64,000 nt of DNA from Clostridia bacterium (GCA_017481495.1 JAFUPC010000076.1:8755-72754); one strand, 5' to 3'; counted from the first letter of the stretch, positions 1 to 9,936 are shown. Program-made: numbers and translations. Notes: generated from the sequence alone by a model not told the origin.

Positions 1-2067
1 AAACGTGTATCCGCCATCCGTTTCGGTCAGCGGAAGCGGGTGCGTGTCATTAACCGACCATGCGTGCGGCACGCCCCGACCGTATTTGAACGATGCCGTG
101 ACCGTTTTTTCCTCGTCCGATACATTGGAGAGGAAATAGAGATGCGCATCGCCCTCGGCGCGGTGGACGTAGCCGACGGTGTCGGGATGCGATACGGTGA
201 CATCGGGGACAAGTACTTCGTGCAGTTTTTCATACAGCGCTTCGCCGCGGTTTTCCAGCAGAACAGGCTTCGCTTCTGCCATCAGGGCGCGGACGGCAGC
301 GGTCTCCTCATCCCGGTTGAGATAACCGCAGCTTTCCGTCGGGATATGGTCGCAGAGGAGAATGCCGCCCCAGTTAACGAAATCACGCAGCTTCCGCGCC
401 GTTTCCACAGGCAGGCGGGTCACGCCGGGGAGAATGATGACCCTGTACGCATTTTCCCCGATGTGCAGGGCGCTGTCATACATCTCACCGAGCGCGGTCA
501 GTGCTTCATCGTTGATGTAATCAAACCAATACCCCACTTTCTGGATGCCGTCCATTTCTGCGCGGCCCATGTGTTCTTCCAATCTCATGGCAAGGTGCAG
601 ATCTGCCATTTTGTTGTCCGCCCAGACATCCGCCTGCGGCAGATAGACCGCGACCTCGGCGACATTGTGTCCCCAACGGAGCAGTGCGCTCGTTCTGTGG
701 ATGTATTCGCTTAAATTTTTGTAAAGCGGCCACCACGGCACGGTGTGGTTGATGTGTGTGGAAGCGTAGAACGGCCAGCCGCGCTTCCCCGCCTTTTCGG
801 GAGAATACGCATACCCGTGGTTGACGATCATGTTCATACCGTCCAGGAACACCGCGTCAACGGCGGCTTTCATTTCTTCCAGCGTTTCGGTGAAGCGCGG
901 GCGTTTGAGCCAGGTAAAGGTTTCGTTTGAAATGATGTTTTTACCGTAAAGATGTCCGGCGGAAGCGGCAAGGCGGCGGTGGATGGTGTTGACCTCCAAT
1001 GTCCGGTGGTCACCAAACGTCTCGCCCTCCGGAATGTCCGCGGCGGCGTAAACCCGCAGAATGTCTCCCCACGTTCCGTGTGCCTGGATGCGGCACTGCG
1101 CGCCGTGGCTGTGCGAAAATTCCGTCAGATTGTCAAAGAAGTTTTCGACGGTCAGCTCGGACATCGTTTTATAATAATCGTAGCGAATGTGCGGCGTGAT
1201 GTCGCCCATATCGCCCCAAAGTGCGTAGATGTAGGGTTTCAAGTCATACCCGCGGCGCTTTTCAAATTCATCGAGCAGAACGCCCGACCAGTTGTGTCCC
1301 TCGACTTCGATGGAGTCGCAGAAGATGGAGCGGATGCCGGGTGCGCGTTCCATGACGGGCTTCACCATATCATGGAAAAAGCGGTCTGCGGCGCGGCGGC
1401 TGCAATGATCGATGACCGGCCCCTCGGCATCGCGGGACGGTTTTCCGACCTTGTTTCTGTGCTGGGAAATGACGAAAAAGACCAGCTTCCAGTCGCCCTC
1501 CGGAATGTCGATCTCCGCAAGCTCCGTTCCCCACGGCCAGCCGAACAGTTCTTTTATTTCAAATTTATCCGTGATGTCAACGACGGTTTCGGGCAGCATC
1601 ACACAGTTTTCCATTTTGCCCATGACGGCGGCGCAGACGTTTCCCGCAAAATACGTCGTGAAGTCGCAGGAAAATTTCGTCGGACCGTGGACGTCAAGCT
1701 GATACGGAAGTGCCTGCTGTTGGGCATCCTCCACTTGCACGGTCGGGCCGCCGTAGGGCCAGCAGGAGCCTGCGGTGAAGTCGCAGACCATGCCGCGCTT
1801 TTTGCATTCCTCAACTGTGAAATTGATGACATCGAAAAATTCGGGGGAGCCGTAGGGGATATTGTAAAAGCCTTTCTCCGGGTCGTCCGGGGTGACGGGG
1901 TACAGGATCTGCAATTCCACGCCGCCGATCCCGGCTTCTTTCATAAAATCAAGTTCGCGGATGATCTCCTCTTTTTCCACACAGCATCCGTACCACCACC
2001 AGCGGGTCATACCGCGGGAGGTGTTGTCCGGGGCGATGAGGAGGGTTTTCAAGGTTTCATATGTCAT
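1..2067 (-). CDS. putative large glycoside hydrolase (GH106-like / rhamnosidase-type group), N-terminal 689 codons; 3' end lies left of the window
   Basis: Absent from the ORF track because it has no stop in the window. Manual reverse translation from ATG 2067 (AGGAGA 5 nt upstream) is open to position 1: MTYETLKTLLIAPDNTSRGMTRWWWYGCCVEKEEIIRELDFMKEAGIGGVELQ... The + ORF 952..2157 is its antisense shadow. Family assignment rests on recalled features only. Confidence 0.7.
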   Translation of the reverse strand, partial: MTYETLKTLLIAPDNTSRGMTRWWWYGCCVEKEEIIRELDFMKEAGIGGVELQILYPVTPDDPEKGFYNIPYGSPEFFDVINFTVEECKKRGMVCDFTAGSCWPYGGPTVQVEDAQQQALPYQLDVHGPTKFSCDFTTYFAGNVCAAVMGKMENCVMLPETVVDITDKFEIKELFGWPWGTELAEIDIPEGDWKLVFFVISQHRNKVGKPSRDAEGPVIDHCSRRAADRFFHDMVKPVMERAPGIRSIFCDSIEVEGHNWSGVLLDEFEKRRGYDLKPYIYALWGDMGDITPHIRYDYYKTMSELTVENFFDNLTEFSHSHGAQCRIQAHGTWGDILRVYAAADIPEGETFGDHRTLEVNTIHRRLAASAGHLYGKNIISNETFTWLKRPRFTETLEEMKAAVDAVFLDGMNMIVNHGYAYSPEKAGKRGWPFYASTHINHTVPWWPLYKNLSEYIHRTSALLRWGHNVAEVAVYLPQADVWADNKMADLHLAMRLEEHMGRAEMDGIQKVGYWFDYINDEALTALGEMYDSALHIGENAYRVIILPGVTRLPVETARKLRDFVNWGGILLCDHIPTESCGYLNRDEETAAVRALMAEAKPVLLENRGEALYEKLHEVLVPDVTVSHPDTVGYVHRAEGDAHLYFLSNVSDEEKTVTASFKYGRGVPHAWSVNDTHPLPLTETDGGYTF

Positions 2068-2173
2068 TATGGTCTCCTTTCCTGTTCGCCGGAATATATC
2101 ATTCATCAATATCATTATTATAACACATTTCCCCGCAAAAGAAAAGGGAATTTGTAAATTTTTATCGGAAAGG

Positions 2174-2202
2174 TTGCAATCCGGGCAGAGATACGATATA
2201 AT
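2174..2202 (+). promoter_or_regulatory. sigma-A type promoter for the flavin oxidoreductase gene
   Basis: TTGCAA (2174-2179), 17 nt spacer, TATAAT (2197-2202). Confidence 0.5.
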
Positions 2203-2251
2203 GGAGTTATGAAATAATGAATGCTATATTTTTGCGAATATGGAGTTGATG

Positions 2252-3277
2252 ATGATGAATTTACACGAACACGTTGTTCTTCGCGGCATCACCCTGTCCG
2301 GGCGCGTGGTGCGGTCGGCGACGGAGCTGTTCTGCTCTTATCCTGACGGACACGTTCATCCCTATGAGTTTTCCGTCTATGACGAATTGTCCCGAAGCGG
2401 TGCCGGGATGATTCTGACGGCGCACACCTGTGTGTCACCGGAGGGGCGGTCAAACGTATGGCAGAATGCCGTCTGGTCGGACGAATACCTTGCCGATGCG
2501 ACAAAAATCGCCGCCGCGGCGCAAGCACACGGCATTCCGTGCGTGATGCAGCTCGGTCACGGCGGCATGAAAGGGGAAAAGAACAACGGCGGACTGCCGT
2601 TTGTCACCCCGGACAACGCAACGGAGGTCGACATCCGGCGCATTGTAAAAGCGTTCGGTGCGGGGGCGCTGCGGGCAAAACGTGCCGGATTTGCCGGGGT
2701 TCAGCTGCACGCGGCGCATCTCTACCTATTCTCGCAGTGGTTTTATCCCGAATACAATCACCGCACGGACGGATACGGCAGCTGTGCTGAAAACCGCTTC
2801 CGCATTGTGCGGGAATCCTTTGAGGAGATCAAAGCCGTCTGCGGCGGTGACTTTCCCGTTTTACTCAAAATCAACGGCGACGACCGGGAAAACACGGCGG
2901 CGTATCACCGCGATCTTGTGACGGTCTTGAATCTGTGCGATGCGCTCGGTTTTTCTGCGGCGGAAATCTCCGGGTGGGATTCCGCGCGGCACGGGGTTCC
3001 GTCCTCTCCGTATTTTCTTGACAATATCCGTCTTTTACATAAAGAGACTTCCCTCCCTCTGATTGCCGTCGGCGGGATTCGGTCGGGCGCGGATGTGGAT
3101 GCTTTACTTTCCGCTGGTGCCTGTGCCATCTCGATGGCGCGGCCGTTTCTGCAGAATCCGGGGATCGTATCTGTGCTGGAGCGCGGCGGGGTGTCCGGGT
3201 GTACCGGGTGCTGTGCGTGTTTCCGGGCGCTGGACGTGACAGGGGAGAGAATTGTTAGGTGCGGGTGCAGGAAGTAA
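2252..3277 (+). CDS. NADH:flavin oxidoreductase, Old Yellow Enzyme family
   Basis: ORF 2240..3277 with OYE-like TIM-barrel sequence (QLGHGGMKG, GFAGVQLHAAHLYLFSQWF..NHRTDGYGS..ENRFR). ATGs at 2240/2249/2252/2255; GGAG at 2242-2245 favours 2252 or 2255. Confidence 0.85.
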   Translation: MMNLHEHVVLRGITLSGRVVRSATELFCSYPDGHVHPYEFSVYDELSRSGAGMILTAHTCVSPEGRSNVWQNAVWSDEYLADATKIAAAAQAHGIPCVMQLGHGGMKGEKNNGGLPFVTPDNATEVDIRRIVKAFGAGALRAKRAGFAGVQLHAAHLYLFSQWFYPEYNHRTDGYGSCAENRFRIVRESFEEIKAVCGGDFPVLLKINGDDRENTAAYHRDLVTVLNLCDALGFSAAEISGWDSARHGVPSSPYFLDNIRLLHKETSLPLIAVGGIRSGADVDALLSAGACAISMARPFLQNPGIVSVLERGGVSGCTGCCACFRALDVTGERIVRCGCRK

Positions 3278-3379
3278 TGTGGTCAGCATAAGGTGCGGGA
3301 CGTCCCTACAAAATCGTCGAATTGCATTACATAATACAATATCGCCATTATCGCCCTTTAAATTGACAGCATCTTCCTC

Positions 3380-5833
3380 TCACTCACATCTCACCACTGC
3401 CCCATCGTATTCACCCTGTCCGATCACCAATCCGTCGCAGATGACAGTCGCGCGGTAATAATACGCTCCCGTGTGTCCGGCGGTCTGTTCGATGATGATG
3501 GAACCGCTGTAAAATGTATCTGCTGTTTCCACGGTGAACATGAACGAGCCAAAGGACATCCGCACACCGTCCGCATCCAAGGGCATCCAGAGGACGGTAG
3601 TTCCATCCACAGTCGGTTGTGGGCGTGTGTACACACTTCCGTCTGCCGCAACGGTCAGACCGCTGTTGTCGACCACGGTCAGATTTACAAGCCCCTCCAT
3701 ATCAAACTCGAACCGGAATGCAGAGGAAGCAGACGACTGTGCAGGAGCATATTTCCAGAACGCTTCCCCCTTTTCGGATTCGGGGACAAGTTCATAAATC
3801 GCCCACATATAGGACGAGGCATCCGGGTGTTTGCTCAGCTTGCACAGCCACAGCTCCTCGTCCAGCGCAAGCAGGAAGCAGTCCTCCGTCAGCGGCAGGT
3901 ACTGCACCTCTGTATAAACGGACAGATCGGGGGAGCCAACCATAAAGAAGCGCTCCCACACGTCCTCTGTAAACGGAAATTCCTGCCATCCTCCGGAGAG
4001 GGAGCCGACGGCGGTTATGTCGCCCGTTGAAATATTGACAGTATACATGGTCTCCGCCTGCGCATCAATGCGATACCGTCCCGTTGGGTGGAAATACACC
4101 GTGGAGGAAAACGGAGTCATATAAACGCACCGGTCGGCGACATAATATTCTCCGTCCGTGATGAGGTCAAGCACGGCAGATGCGCCCTCCTGTCCTGCGG
4201 CATAACCGCCCTCGGAATACAGAAATTCCGCGCTGTCTGCGACGAAGCCGATCTTGTAGCGGATGTCGGTCAGCCCGTTCACGTAAAAGGTCAGATGCCC
4301 GGCGGCATCCCGTGCGACCTCATCTTCAAGATAGACCGAAAACTCTCTTGCGCCGCTTGTTCCCGCAATGCGCACCGCATCGGGATATGCTGCGGACACG
4401 TCCCACACCGTGCGGGTGGTGCATCCCATGCTGACGGCGGCGGAGGTATAACGCGTTCCCGTATAGACCGGTTCAAACGGCAGGGTGATGACGTCGTGCT
4501 GTTTTACGTCGTCATAGGAAAACCGGAACACGAACACAAGCGGTTCGGCTTCTTTCGGCTGATAAACGTGAACGAGCGACAGCGTGACGGCGCCGCTTTC
4601 GTAGACGGGGACTTCCCCCTCATCAAAGGTCACACCCTCCGGCGTATATGCCGCATCGTTGATGACATCCACCGGAACGGTCACCTGCATCTGCTGGTCG
4701 CGCTCAATGGCGGTAACGGTGAAGCCGCTCTGCGAGATGACGTCATCATAATCCTTGGTCGGCTCTGTCAGACAGCAGAGTACAAGCAATGCACACATTA
4801 CGATTCCCGTCCCGGTCATGATGCGGACGGGGCGTTCTGTTTTTTCGTCCATGACCGCGCGGACACGGGTCTTGACGGCAATTTCACCGAACGCAAGCGG
4901 ACAGGACAAGGCGTGTCCCCTGCCCCTGCCCTCTCCCTGCAGACTACACGCAAGGAGGGAAGCGGCATACGCGCGGCGTTCTTCCCGGTCGAAGTGCTTT
5001 GTCACGCGCGCATCGCACGCAAGCTCGACATCGCGGCAGAACAGCACATACGCCGCCCACACCAGCGGATTGAACCAATGCAGGATGAGGATGACAAACG
5101 CAAGCGGCTTTGTGATGTGGTCGCGGCGGGCGAGGTGCGCCCGCTCGTGCAGAATGACGGGAGTGACATCGGGGGTCATGCCGTTTTCGTCCGCCATGTC
5201 GGATGGCAGACAGATTCTGGGATGCAGAATGCCCAGAATAAACGGTGTTCCGATGTGGTCGCAGAGGAAAACGCCGTCCATGTACGGCATGGAGACCGCG
5301 GTCCTCTTTCCAAGGCGCACCCGGCTGACAACGGCGTATCCTGCCATGACTGCCATGCCGCCCAGCCATACGACCGCAAGGACGGTGACGGGGGACGGTG
5401 CGGTTTTCACCGTTTCGGGTGCGGTCACGGGATAGGTGTGATAGGTGATCGCCGCTGTGCCGTTGTCGATGGGATAATATACATCGTCTCCGTCGGTGAT
5501 TCCCGTGCCGGAATCAAACATATCGGACATATCCGGTATTGCTGACACCGGATCGGCGTCCTCAGTGATTGTAAGGTCAGATAACACCGTTCCCGTGCGC
5601 GCCGCAGCAGTTTCCGAAAACCCGCTTTGCAGGGGGGCGGCGGACGGCATCAGGCTGACGGGACTTTCGACGGCGACCGGGCACACAAGCCGGATGGCGG
5701 CAACGAGCCACAGAAGGCACACAAGATATTTCGGCACACGCCAAAACAGCCGGCGCAAAAGCATGACGGCAAGGATGATGATACTGCCGAGAATGCTCAT
5801 ATTGCAGACGGTCAGAAATACGGTTTCCATCAT
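3380..5833 (-). CDS. BlaR1/MecR1-family (peptidase M56) membrane signal transducer with a long uncharacterised extracytoplasmic C-terminal region
   Basis: N-terminal multi-TM domain with HEXXH (LHERAHLARRDH). ATG 5833 overlaps the stop of the upstream repressor gene (TGATG); GGGGAG RBS. I see no SxxK penicillin-binding motif in the C-terminal ~450 aa. Confidence 0.85.
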   Translation of the reverse strand: MMETVFLTVCNMSILGSIIILAVMLLRRLFWRVPKYLVCLLWLVAAIRLVCPVAVESPVSLMPSAAPLQSGFSETAAARTGTVLSDLTITEDADPVSAIPDMSDMFDSGTGITDGDDVYYPIDNGTAAITYHTYPVTAPETVKTAPSPVTVLAVVWLGGMAVMAGYAVVSRVRLGKRTAVSMPYMDGVFLCDHIGTPFILGILHPRICLPSDMADENGMTPDVTPVILHERAHLARRDHITKPLAFVILILHWFNPLVWAAYVLFCRDVELACDARVTKHFDREERRAYAASLLACSLQGEGRGRGHALSCPLAFGEIAVKTRVRAVMDEKTERPVRIMTGTGIVMCALLVLCCLTEPTKDYDDVISQSGFTVTAIERDQQMQVTVPVDVINDAAYTPEGVTFDEGEVPVYESGAVTLSLVHVYQPKEAEPLVFVFRFSYDDVKQHDVITLPFEPVYTGTRYTSAAVSMGCTTRTVWDVSAAYPDAVRIAGTSGAREFSVYLEDEVARDAAGHLTFYVNGLTDIRYKIGFVADSAEFLYSEGGYAAGQEGASAVLDLITDGEYYVADRCVYMTPFSSTVYFHPTGRYRIDAQAETMYTVNISTGDITAVGSLSGGWQEFPFTEDVWERFFMVGSPDLSVYTEVQYLPLTEDCFLLALDEELWLCKLSKHPDASSYMWAIYELVPESEKGEAFWKYAPAQSSASSAFRFEFDMEGLVNLTVVDNSGLTVAADGSVYTRPQPTVDGTTVLWMPLDADGVRMSFGSFMFTVETADTFYSGSIIIEQTAGHTGAYYYRATVICDGLVIGQGEYDGAVVRCE

Positions 5834-6195
5834 CACGGCTTCTCCCCGACATTGTCTATCATCGCGCGGATCTCGGCAATCTCCTCCGGCGTCAGATTTT
5901 TTCGCTTCGTGAATGCCGCAATGAACGCGGGCAGAGAACCGGAAAACGCATCGCGGACGAATTTTTCGCTCTGCGCGGCGTAATAATCCTCCCGTGGAAC
6001 AAGCACCGTGACCGTGCCGCCGTCCAGGCAGAACAGACCGCCGTCACAGCATTTTTTCAGAACCGTATACGTTGTGGTGCGCTTCCAGTCAAGCGCCTCG
6101 GCGCACAGCTTCACCAGTTCCGCGCTGGACAAGGGCGCGTGTTCCCATACGATGTCCGCAAACCGCGCTTCAACGGTACCGAGTTTTTCTTTCAT
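5833..6195 (-). CDS. BlaI/MecI/CopY-family winged-helix transcriptional repressor
   Basis: MKEKLGTVEARFADIVWEHAPLSSAELVKLC..WKRTTTYTVLKKC.. is typical of the family. Track ORF starts at 6273, but ATG 6195 has RBS AAGGGGG and lies downstream of the promoter at 6245-6273. Confidence 0.85.
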   Translation of the reverse strand: MKEKLGTVEARFADIVWEHAPLSSAELVKLCAEALDWKRTTTYTVLKKCCDGGLFCLDGGTVTVLVPREDYYAAQSEKFVRDAFSGSLPAFIAAFTKRKNLTPEEIAEIRAMIDNVGEKP

Positions 6196-6232
6196 AAGAC
6201 AAAAACCCCCTTGCTTTTCTCGTCTATTCTTT

Positions 6233-6273
6233 GTAGACACCAATAGTCTACCATAAATAGACAGATTTGTCAA
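6233..6273 (-). promoter_or_regulatory. promoter of the blaI/blaR1-like operon with overlapping palindromic candidate operator
   Basis: Minus strand TTGACA (6273-6268), 17 nt, TAGACT (6250-6245). The perfect inverted repeat GTAGAC-N7-GTCTAC (6233-6251) overlaps the -10 and start site. Confidence 0.55.
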
Positions 6274-6321
6274 GGGGATTTTAGCCTTTTTACAAAAATG
6301 GGCGAAAAATTACGGAAAGCA

Positions 6322-7098
6322 TTATGCTCCGAGAACCGCGTCCTTCATTTCCTTTACATACGCGCCGATATGCGCGGGCGCATCTGCGCCGTATTCACCG
6401 AGCAGCTTCACGACGGCGGAACCGACGATTGCACCATCGGCGACGTCTGCCATTGCCGCCGCCTGCTGTGGGGTGGAGATACCAAAACCGATGGCGCAGG
6501 GGATATTGGTATTTTCGCGCACGACCTTGACCATGGAAGCAAGGTCGGTTTTGATCTCACTGCGGGTTCCGGTGACACCGAGAGACGAGACAATATAGAG
6601 AAAGCCTTTCGCTTCCCGTGCGATCATCGCAATGCGGTTTTCGCTGGTCGGCGCAATGAGGGAGATGAAATCAAGCCCGTATTTTTCGCACATCGGCGCG
6701 AAATCTTCCTTTTCCTCATACGGAACATCGGGCAAAATCAGACCGTCGATGCCGATGTCGCGGCAGGCGGAACAGAACCGTTCCGTGCCGTAGGAAAAGA
6801 CGACGTTTGCATATGTCATAAAGACCATCGGTATGGTCACGTCCCGGCGCAGATCGCGCACGAGATCGAAAATCTTATCGGTGGTCGTCCCCGCCTGCAG
6901 GGCGCGCAGGCTTGCCGCCTGAATGACGGGCCCCTCTGCGGTCGGGTCGGAGAACGGAATGCCAAGCTCAATCAGATCCGCGCCGTTCTTTGCGGCTTCG
7001 CGGACAGCGGCGGCGGTGGTGGCAAGGTCGGGGTCGCCGCAGGTGATGAACGGAATGAAGGCTTTGCCGCCCGAAAATGCGTTTGCGATATTACTCAT
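6322..7098 (-). CDS. trpA: tryptophan synthase alpha chain
   Basis: [13 protein letters not shown].. and downstream TrpA-like sequence. ATG 7098 with GGAGG RBS overlaps the trpB stop by 8 nt (track ORF extends to 7125). Confidence 0.9.
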   Translation of the reverse strand: MSNIANAFSGGKAFIPFITCGDPDLATTAAAVREAAKNGADLIELGIPFSDPTAEGPVIQAASLRALQAGTTTDKIFDLVRDLRRDVTIPMVFMTYANVVFSYGTERFCSACRDIGIDGLILPDVPYEEKEDFAPMCEKYGLDFISLIAPTSENRIAMIAREAKGFLYIVSSLGVTGTRSEIKTDLASMVKVVRENTNIPCAIGFGISTPQQAAAMADVADGAIVGSAVVKLLGEYGADAPAHIGAYVKEMKDAVLGA

Positions 7099-8281
7099 GG
7101 ATATCCTCCCCTCTGTAACGGGCAATGGCGGCGCAGTCCTTGTCGCCTCTGCCGGAAACGGTCACAACGATGATCTTGTCCTTTTCCATTGTCGGTGCAA
7201 GCTTCTTTGCATACGCGATGGCGTGTGCGGATTCGATGGCGGGAATGATGCCCTCGGTCTTTGCGAGATATTCAAACGCATCCACCGCCTCGTCGTCGGT
7301 CACGGGAACGTATTCCGCGCGGCCGATGTCATAAAGATACGCGTGCTCCGGGCCGACACCGGGGTAGTCCAGACCTGCGGAAATGGAATACACAGGCGCG
7401 ATCTGTCCGTACTCGTCCTGACAGAAATAGGACTTCATGCCGTGGAAGATGCCGAGCCGCCCCGTGTTGACGGTCGCCGCGGTCTCAAAGGTGTCGATGC
7501 CGCGTCCTGCCGCTTCACAGCCGATGAGACGGACATCCTTGTCTTCGATGAAATTGTAGAAGCTGCCGATGGCGTTGGAACCGCCGCCAACACACGCAAG
7601 CACCGCATCGGGCAGTCTGCCCTCTTTTGCGAGAATCTGCTCCTTAATCTCCTTGGAAATGACCGCCTGGAAATCGCGGACGATGGTCGGGAACGGATGC
7701 GGCCCCATGACGGAACCGAGACAGTAGTGCGTGTCGTCAATGCGGTTCGTCCACTCGCGCATCGCTTCGGAAACGGCATCTTTGAGTGTTGCCGTGCCGC
7801 TGGTGACAGGAATGACGGTCGCGCCGAGCAGACGCATCCGGTAGACGTTGAGCGCCTGACGGATCGTATCCTCCTCGCCCATATAAACGACGCATTCCAT
7901 GCCGAACAGCGCCGCCGCGGTTGCGGTTGCGACACCGTGCTGTCCCGCGCCGGTCTCGGCGATCAGGCGGGTCTTGCCCATTTTCTTTGCAAGCAGAGCC
8001 TGTCCCAGAACATTGTTGATCTTATGAGCGCCCGTGTGGTTTAAATCTTCGCGTTTGAGGTAAATCTTTGCGCCGCCAAGGTCGCGGGTCATCTTTTCGG
8101 CATAATAAAGCCCCGACGGTCTGCCTGCGTATTCGCGGAACAGCTCGTCCAGCTCTCTTTGGAATGTGGAGTCGTTTTTGTAGTGGTTGTAGGCTTCTTC
8201 CAGTTCGTTCACCGCGTTCATCAGCGTTTCGGGGATATATTGTCCGCCGTGTACGCCGAAGCGGCCGTTGGGATTGGTCAT
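7091..8281 (-). CDS. trpB: tryptophan synthase beta chain
   Basis: 396 aa with PLP-lysine motif [11 protein letters not shown]; full-length TrpB-like. Confidence 0.95.
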   Translation of the reverse strand: MTNPNGRFGVHGGQYIPETLMNAVNELEEAYNHYKNDSTFQRELDELFREYAGRPSGLYYAEKMTRDLGGAKIYLKREDLNHTGAHKINNVLGQALLAKKMGKTRLIAETGAGQHGVATATAAALFGMECVVYMGEEDTIRQALNVYRMRLLGATVIPVTSGTATLKDAVSEAMREWTNRIDDTHYCLGSVMGPHPFPTIVRDFQAVISKEIKEQILAKEGRLPDAVLACVGGGSNAIGSFYNFIEDKDVRLIGCEAAGRGIDTFETAATVNTGRLGIFHGMKSYFCQDEYGQIAPVYSISAGLDYPGVGPEHAYLYDIGRAEYVPVTDDEAVDAFEYLAKTEGIIPAIESAHAIAYAKKLAPTMEKDKIIVVTVSGRGDKDCAAIARYRGEDIHE

Positions 8282-8321
8282 GGTGGTGTCCTTTCTTTCT
8301 GTTGCTTTTATTTTCTTTCAT

Positions 8322-8419
8322 ATTTCGTCCTTCAGACGAAATAGTTCATCCGCCGATGGCGGACATCACATTTCCGCGTATGCGGAAATATATCATTCTG
8401 TCAACGTTACGTTGACAGA
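8322..8419. other. array of four tandem perfect stem-loops in the trpF-trpB spacer
   Basis: ATTTCGTC-cttca-GACGAAAT (8322-8342); TCCGCC-gat-GGCGGA (8349-8363); ATTTCCGC-gtat-GCGGAAAT (8370-8389); TCTGTCAACG-tta-CGTTGACAGA (8397-8419). The last loop is the trpF stop codon. Confidence 0.8.
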
Positions 8420-9030
8420 TCTTCCCCTCTCCGTACCTCCTCAATAAACCTCCGCATCTTCTCCTTATCCTTGCATCCGCCGCTCTCAATTCCGGAAGAA
8501 ACGTCCACGGCAAACGGGTGCAGGGCGGTGATGGCATCGGCGACGTTGTCAGGGTGAAGTCCGCCGGCGAGAAAATAAGCGCGGGTGATGTTTTTTGCAT
8601 AGGACCAGTCAAAGACCGCGCCGCTTCCCGCGCGGGGGCCGTCGAGGAGAATGCAGTCGGCGCGGCTCGCATCTGCGGCTTCTACATCAGCGGGGGAGGC
8701 AATGCGGTACGCTTTGATGACGGGCACCGGGCAGAGTTTGCGCAGCTTCTGCAGATAAACGATGTCTTCGTTTCCGTGCAGCTGTGCCATGTCGATGATG
8801 CCGCGCCAGACCAGCTCCGCGATATGCTCGGGGGCTTCGTCCACGAACACGCCGACGGCGCGGATGCCGGGTGCAAGGCGGGAACGCAGGGTCGCGGCAC
8901 GGTCGGGGGTGACATAGCGGCGGCTCTTCTGCGCGAAGACGAACCCGATGAAGTCCGGCTTCAGCTCGTTTGCGGCTTCGATGTCGCAGGGGCGCGACAG
9001 ACCGCAGAATTTGATTTTGGTTTTGGTCAT
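8407..9030 (-). CDS. trpF: phosphoribosylanthranilate isomerase
   Basis: MTKTKIKFCGLSRPCDIEAA.. is a TrpF-like start; position in the trp operon. Confidence 0.9.
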   Translation of the reverse strand: MTKTKIKFCGLSRPCDIEAANELKPDFIGFVFAQKSRRYVTPDRAATLRSRLAPGIRAVGVFVDEAPEHIAELVWRGIIDMAQLHGNEDIVYLQKLRKLCPVPVIKAYRIASPADVEAADASRADCILLDGPRAGSGAVFDWSYAKNITRAYFLAGGLHPDNVADAITALHPFAVDVSSGIESGGCKDKEKMRRFIEEVRRGEDLST

Positions 9031-9138
9031 TTGTTTCTCCGGGGGTGGGTGGGAATATAATGTGTTTGCGTAACGCGGGGACGTATTTTTCCTTTTGTAG
9101 GGGTGCCCCTACAGACATGGCGGAACGGTTCTTATCAT

Positions 9139-9936
9139 TTACCGCCGTCCCGCCGCGCGGAAGCGGGAGAGCCGTTCTTTTTTGTTCTCCGCACGCATCA
9201 GGGCTTCTCCGATGAGCACCGCATCCATTCCGGCATCCGCCAGTTCGCGGATGTCACCCTCGTCTTTGATGCCGCTTTCGGACACGAACAGGATATTTGA
9301 GGGAACCGCTTCCCGCAGGCGGCGGCTGTTTTCGGTATCGACCGAAAAGTCTTTTAAGTTCCGGTTGTTGACCCCGATGATGCGCGCACCGGCGGAAAGT
9401 GCCGTTTTTACTTCATCTCTGTCATGTGCTTCCACAAGTGCGGACAGACCGAGTTCTTCGCAGAGGGCAAGATAGTCCGAAATCTGCGCCGGGGTCAGAA
9501 TGGAGCAGATGAGCAGTACCGCCGATGCACCAAGCAGTTTTGCTTCATAGATCATATACGCATCCACCGTGAAGTCCTTGCGCAGACAAGGAAGTGTGAC
9601 GGTCGCGGCGATTTCCCTTAAATACGCATCCGCTCCGAGGAACCACTTCGGTTCAGTCAGAACGGACACGGCATCCGCACCGGCGGCCTCATAATCCCGC
9701 GCAATGTCGAGATACGGAAAATCAGGTGCGATAAGGCCTTTGGAGGGCGATGCCTTTTTGCATTCGCAGATAAACGACATCCCGGGGCGGGACAGTGCTT
9801 TTTCAAATCGGAACGGCTCTGTGCCGTTTTTTGCCAGTTCCAGTGCCATCTCCCGCAGCTCTTCCGTCGGGTGAAGTGCTTTGTTTGCCGCGACCCGCGC
9901 ACGGGCGTGTTCGGCAAGCTGTTCCAGAATCGTCAT
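9139..9936 (-). CDS. trpC: indole-3-glycerol-phosphate synthase
   Basis: [13 protein letters not shown] motif; start overlaps the trpD stop (ATGA). Confidence 0.9.
   Translation of the reverse strand: MTILEQLAEHARARVAANKALHPTEELREMALELAKNGTEPFRFEKALSRPGMSFICECKKASPSKGLIAPDFPYLDIARDYEAAGADAVSVLTEPKWFLGADAYLREIAATVTLPCLRKDFTVDAYMIYEAKLLGASAVLLICSILTPAQISDYLALCEELGLSALVEAHDRDEVKTALSAGARIIGVNNRNLKDFSVDTENSRRLREAVPSNILFVSESGIKDEGDIRELADAGMDAVLIGEALMRAENKKERLSRFRAAGRR

Noticed and set aside
952-2157. 401-aa + strand ORF (and 40..714 +) across the first 2 kb
   Set aside because: Antisense shadow of the edge-truncated minus-strand glycosidase gene. The translation is Arg/Gly/Val/Ala-rich and featureless with no RBS. 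The minus frame is open for 689 codons behind a strong RBS.
4088-5545. 485-aa + strand ORF inside the BlaR1-like gene
   Set aside because: Opposite-strand shadow in GC-rich DNA. The minus frame carries the HEXXH protease motif and TM segments.
6298-8044. + strand ORFs 6298..7173 and 6923..8044 over trpA/trpB
   Set aside because: Shadows of unmistakable trpA/trpB on the minus strand.
8322-8419. Whether the tandem hairpin arrays (also 18414, 34267, 38620) are a CRISPR array or MITE copies
   Set aside because: The stems are inverted repeats, not direct repeats. They differ in sequence and length, there are no constant repeat and unique spacer units, and there are no terminal inverted repeats or target-site duplications typical of MITEs. 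I kept them as an unexplained structural pattern instead.
9098-9113. Palindrome GTAGGGG-tg-CCCCTAC in the trpC-trpF spacer as an internal terminator
   Set aside because: In the mRNA (minus) sense it is followed by an A-rich tract rather than a U-rich one, and the T-run lies on the wrong side. It is probably just another spacer hairpin.
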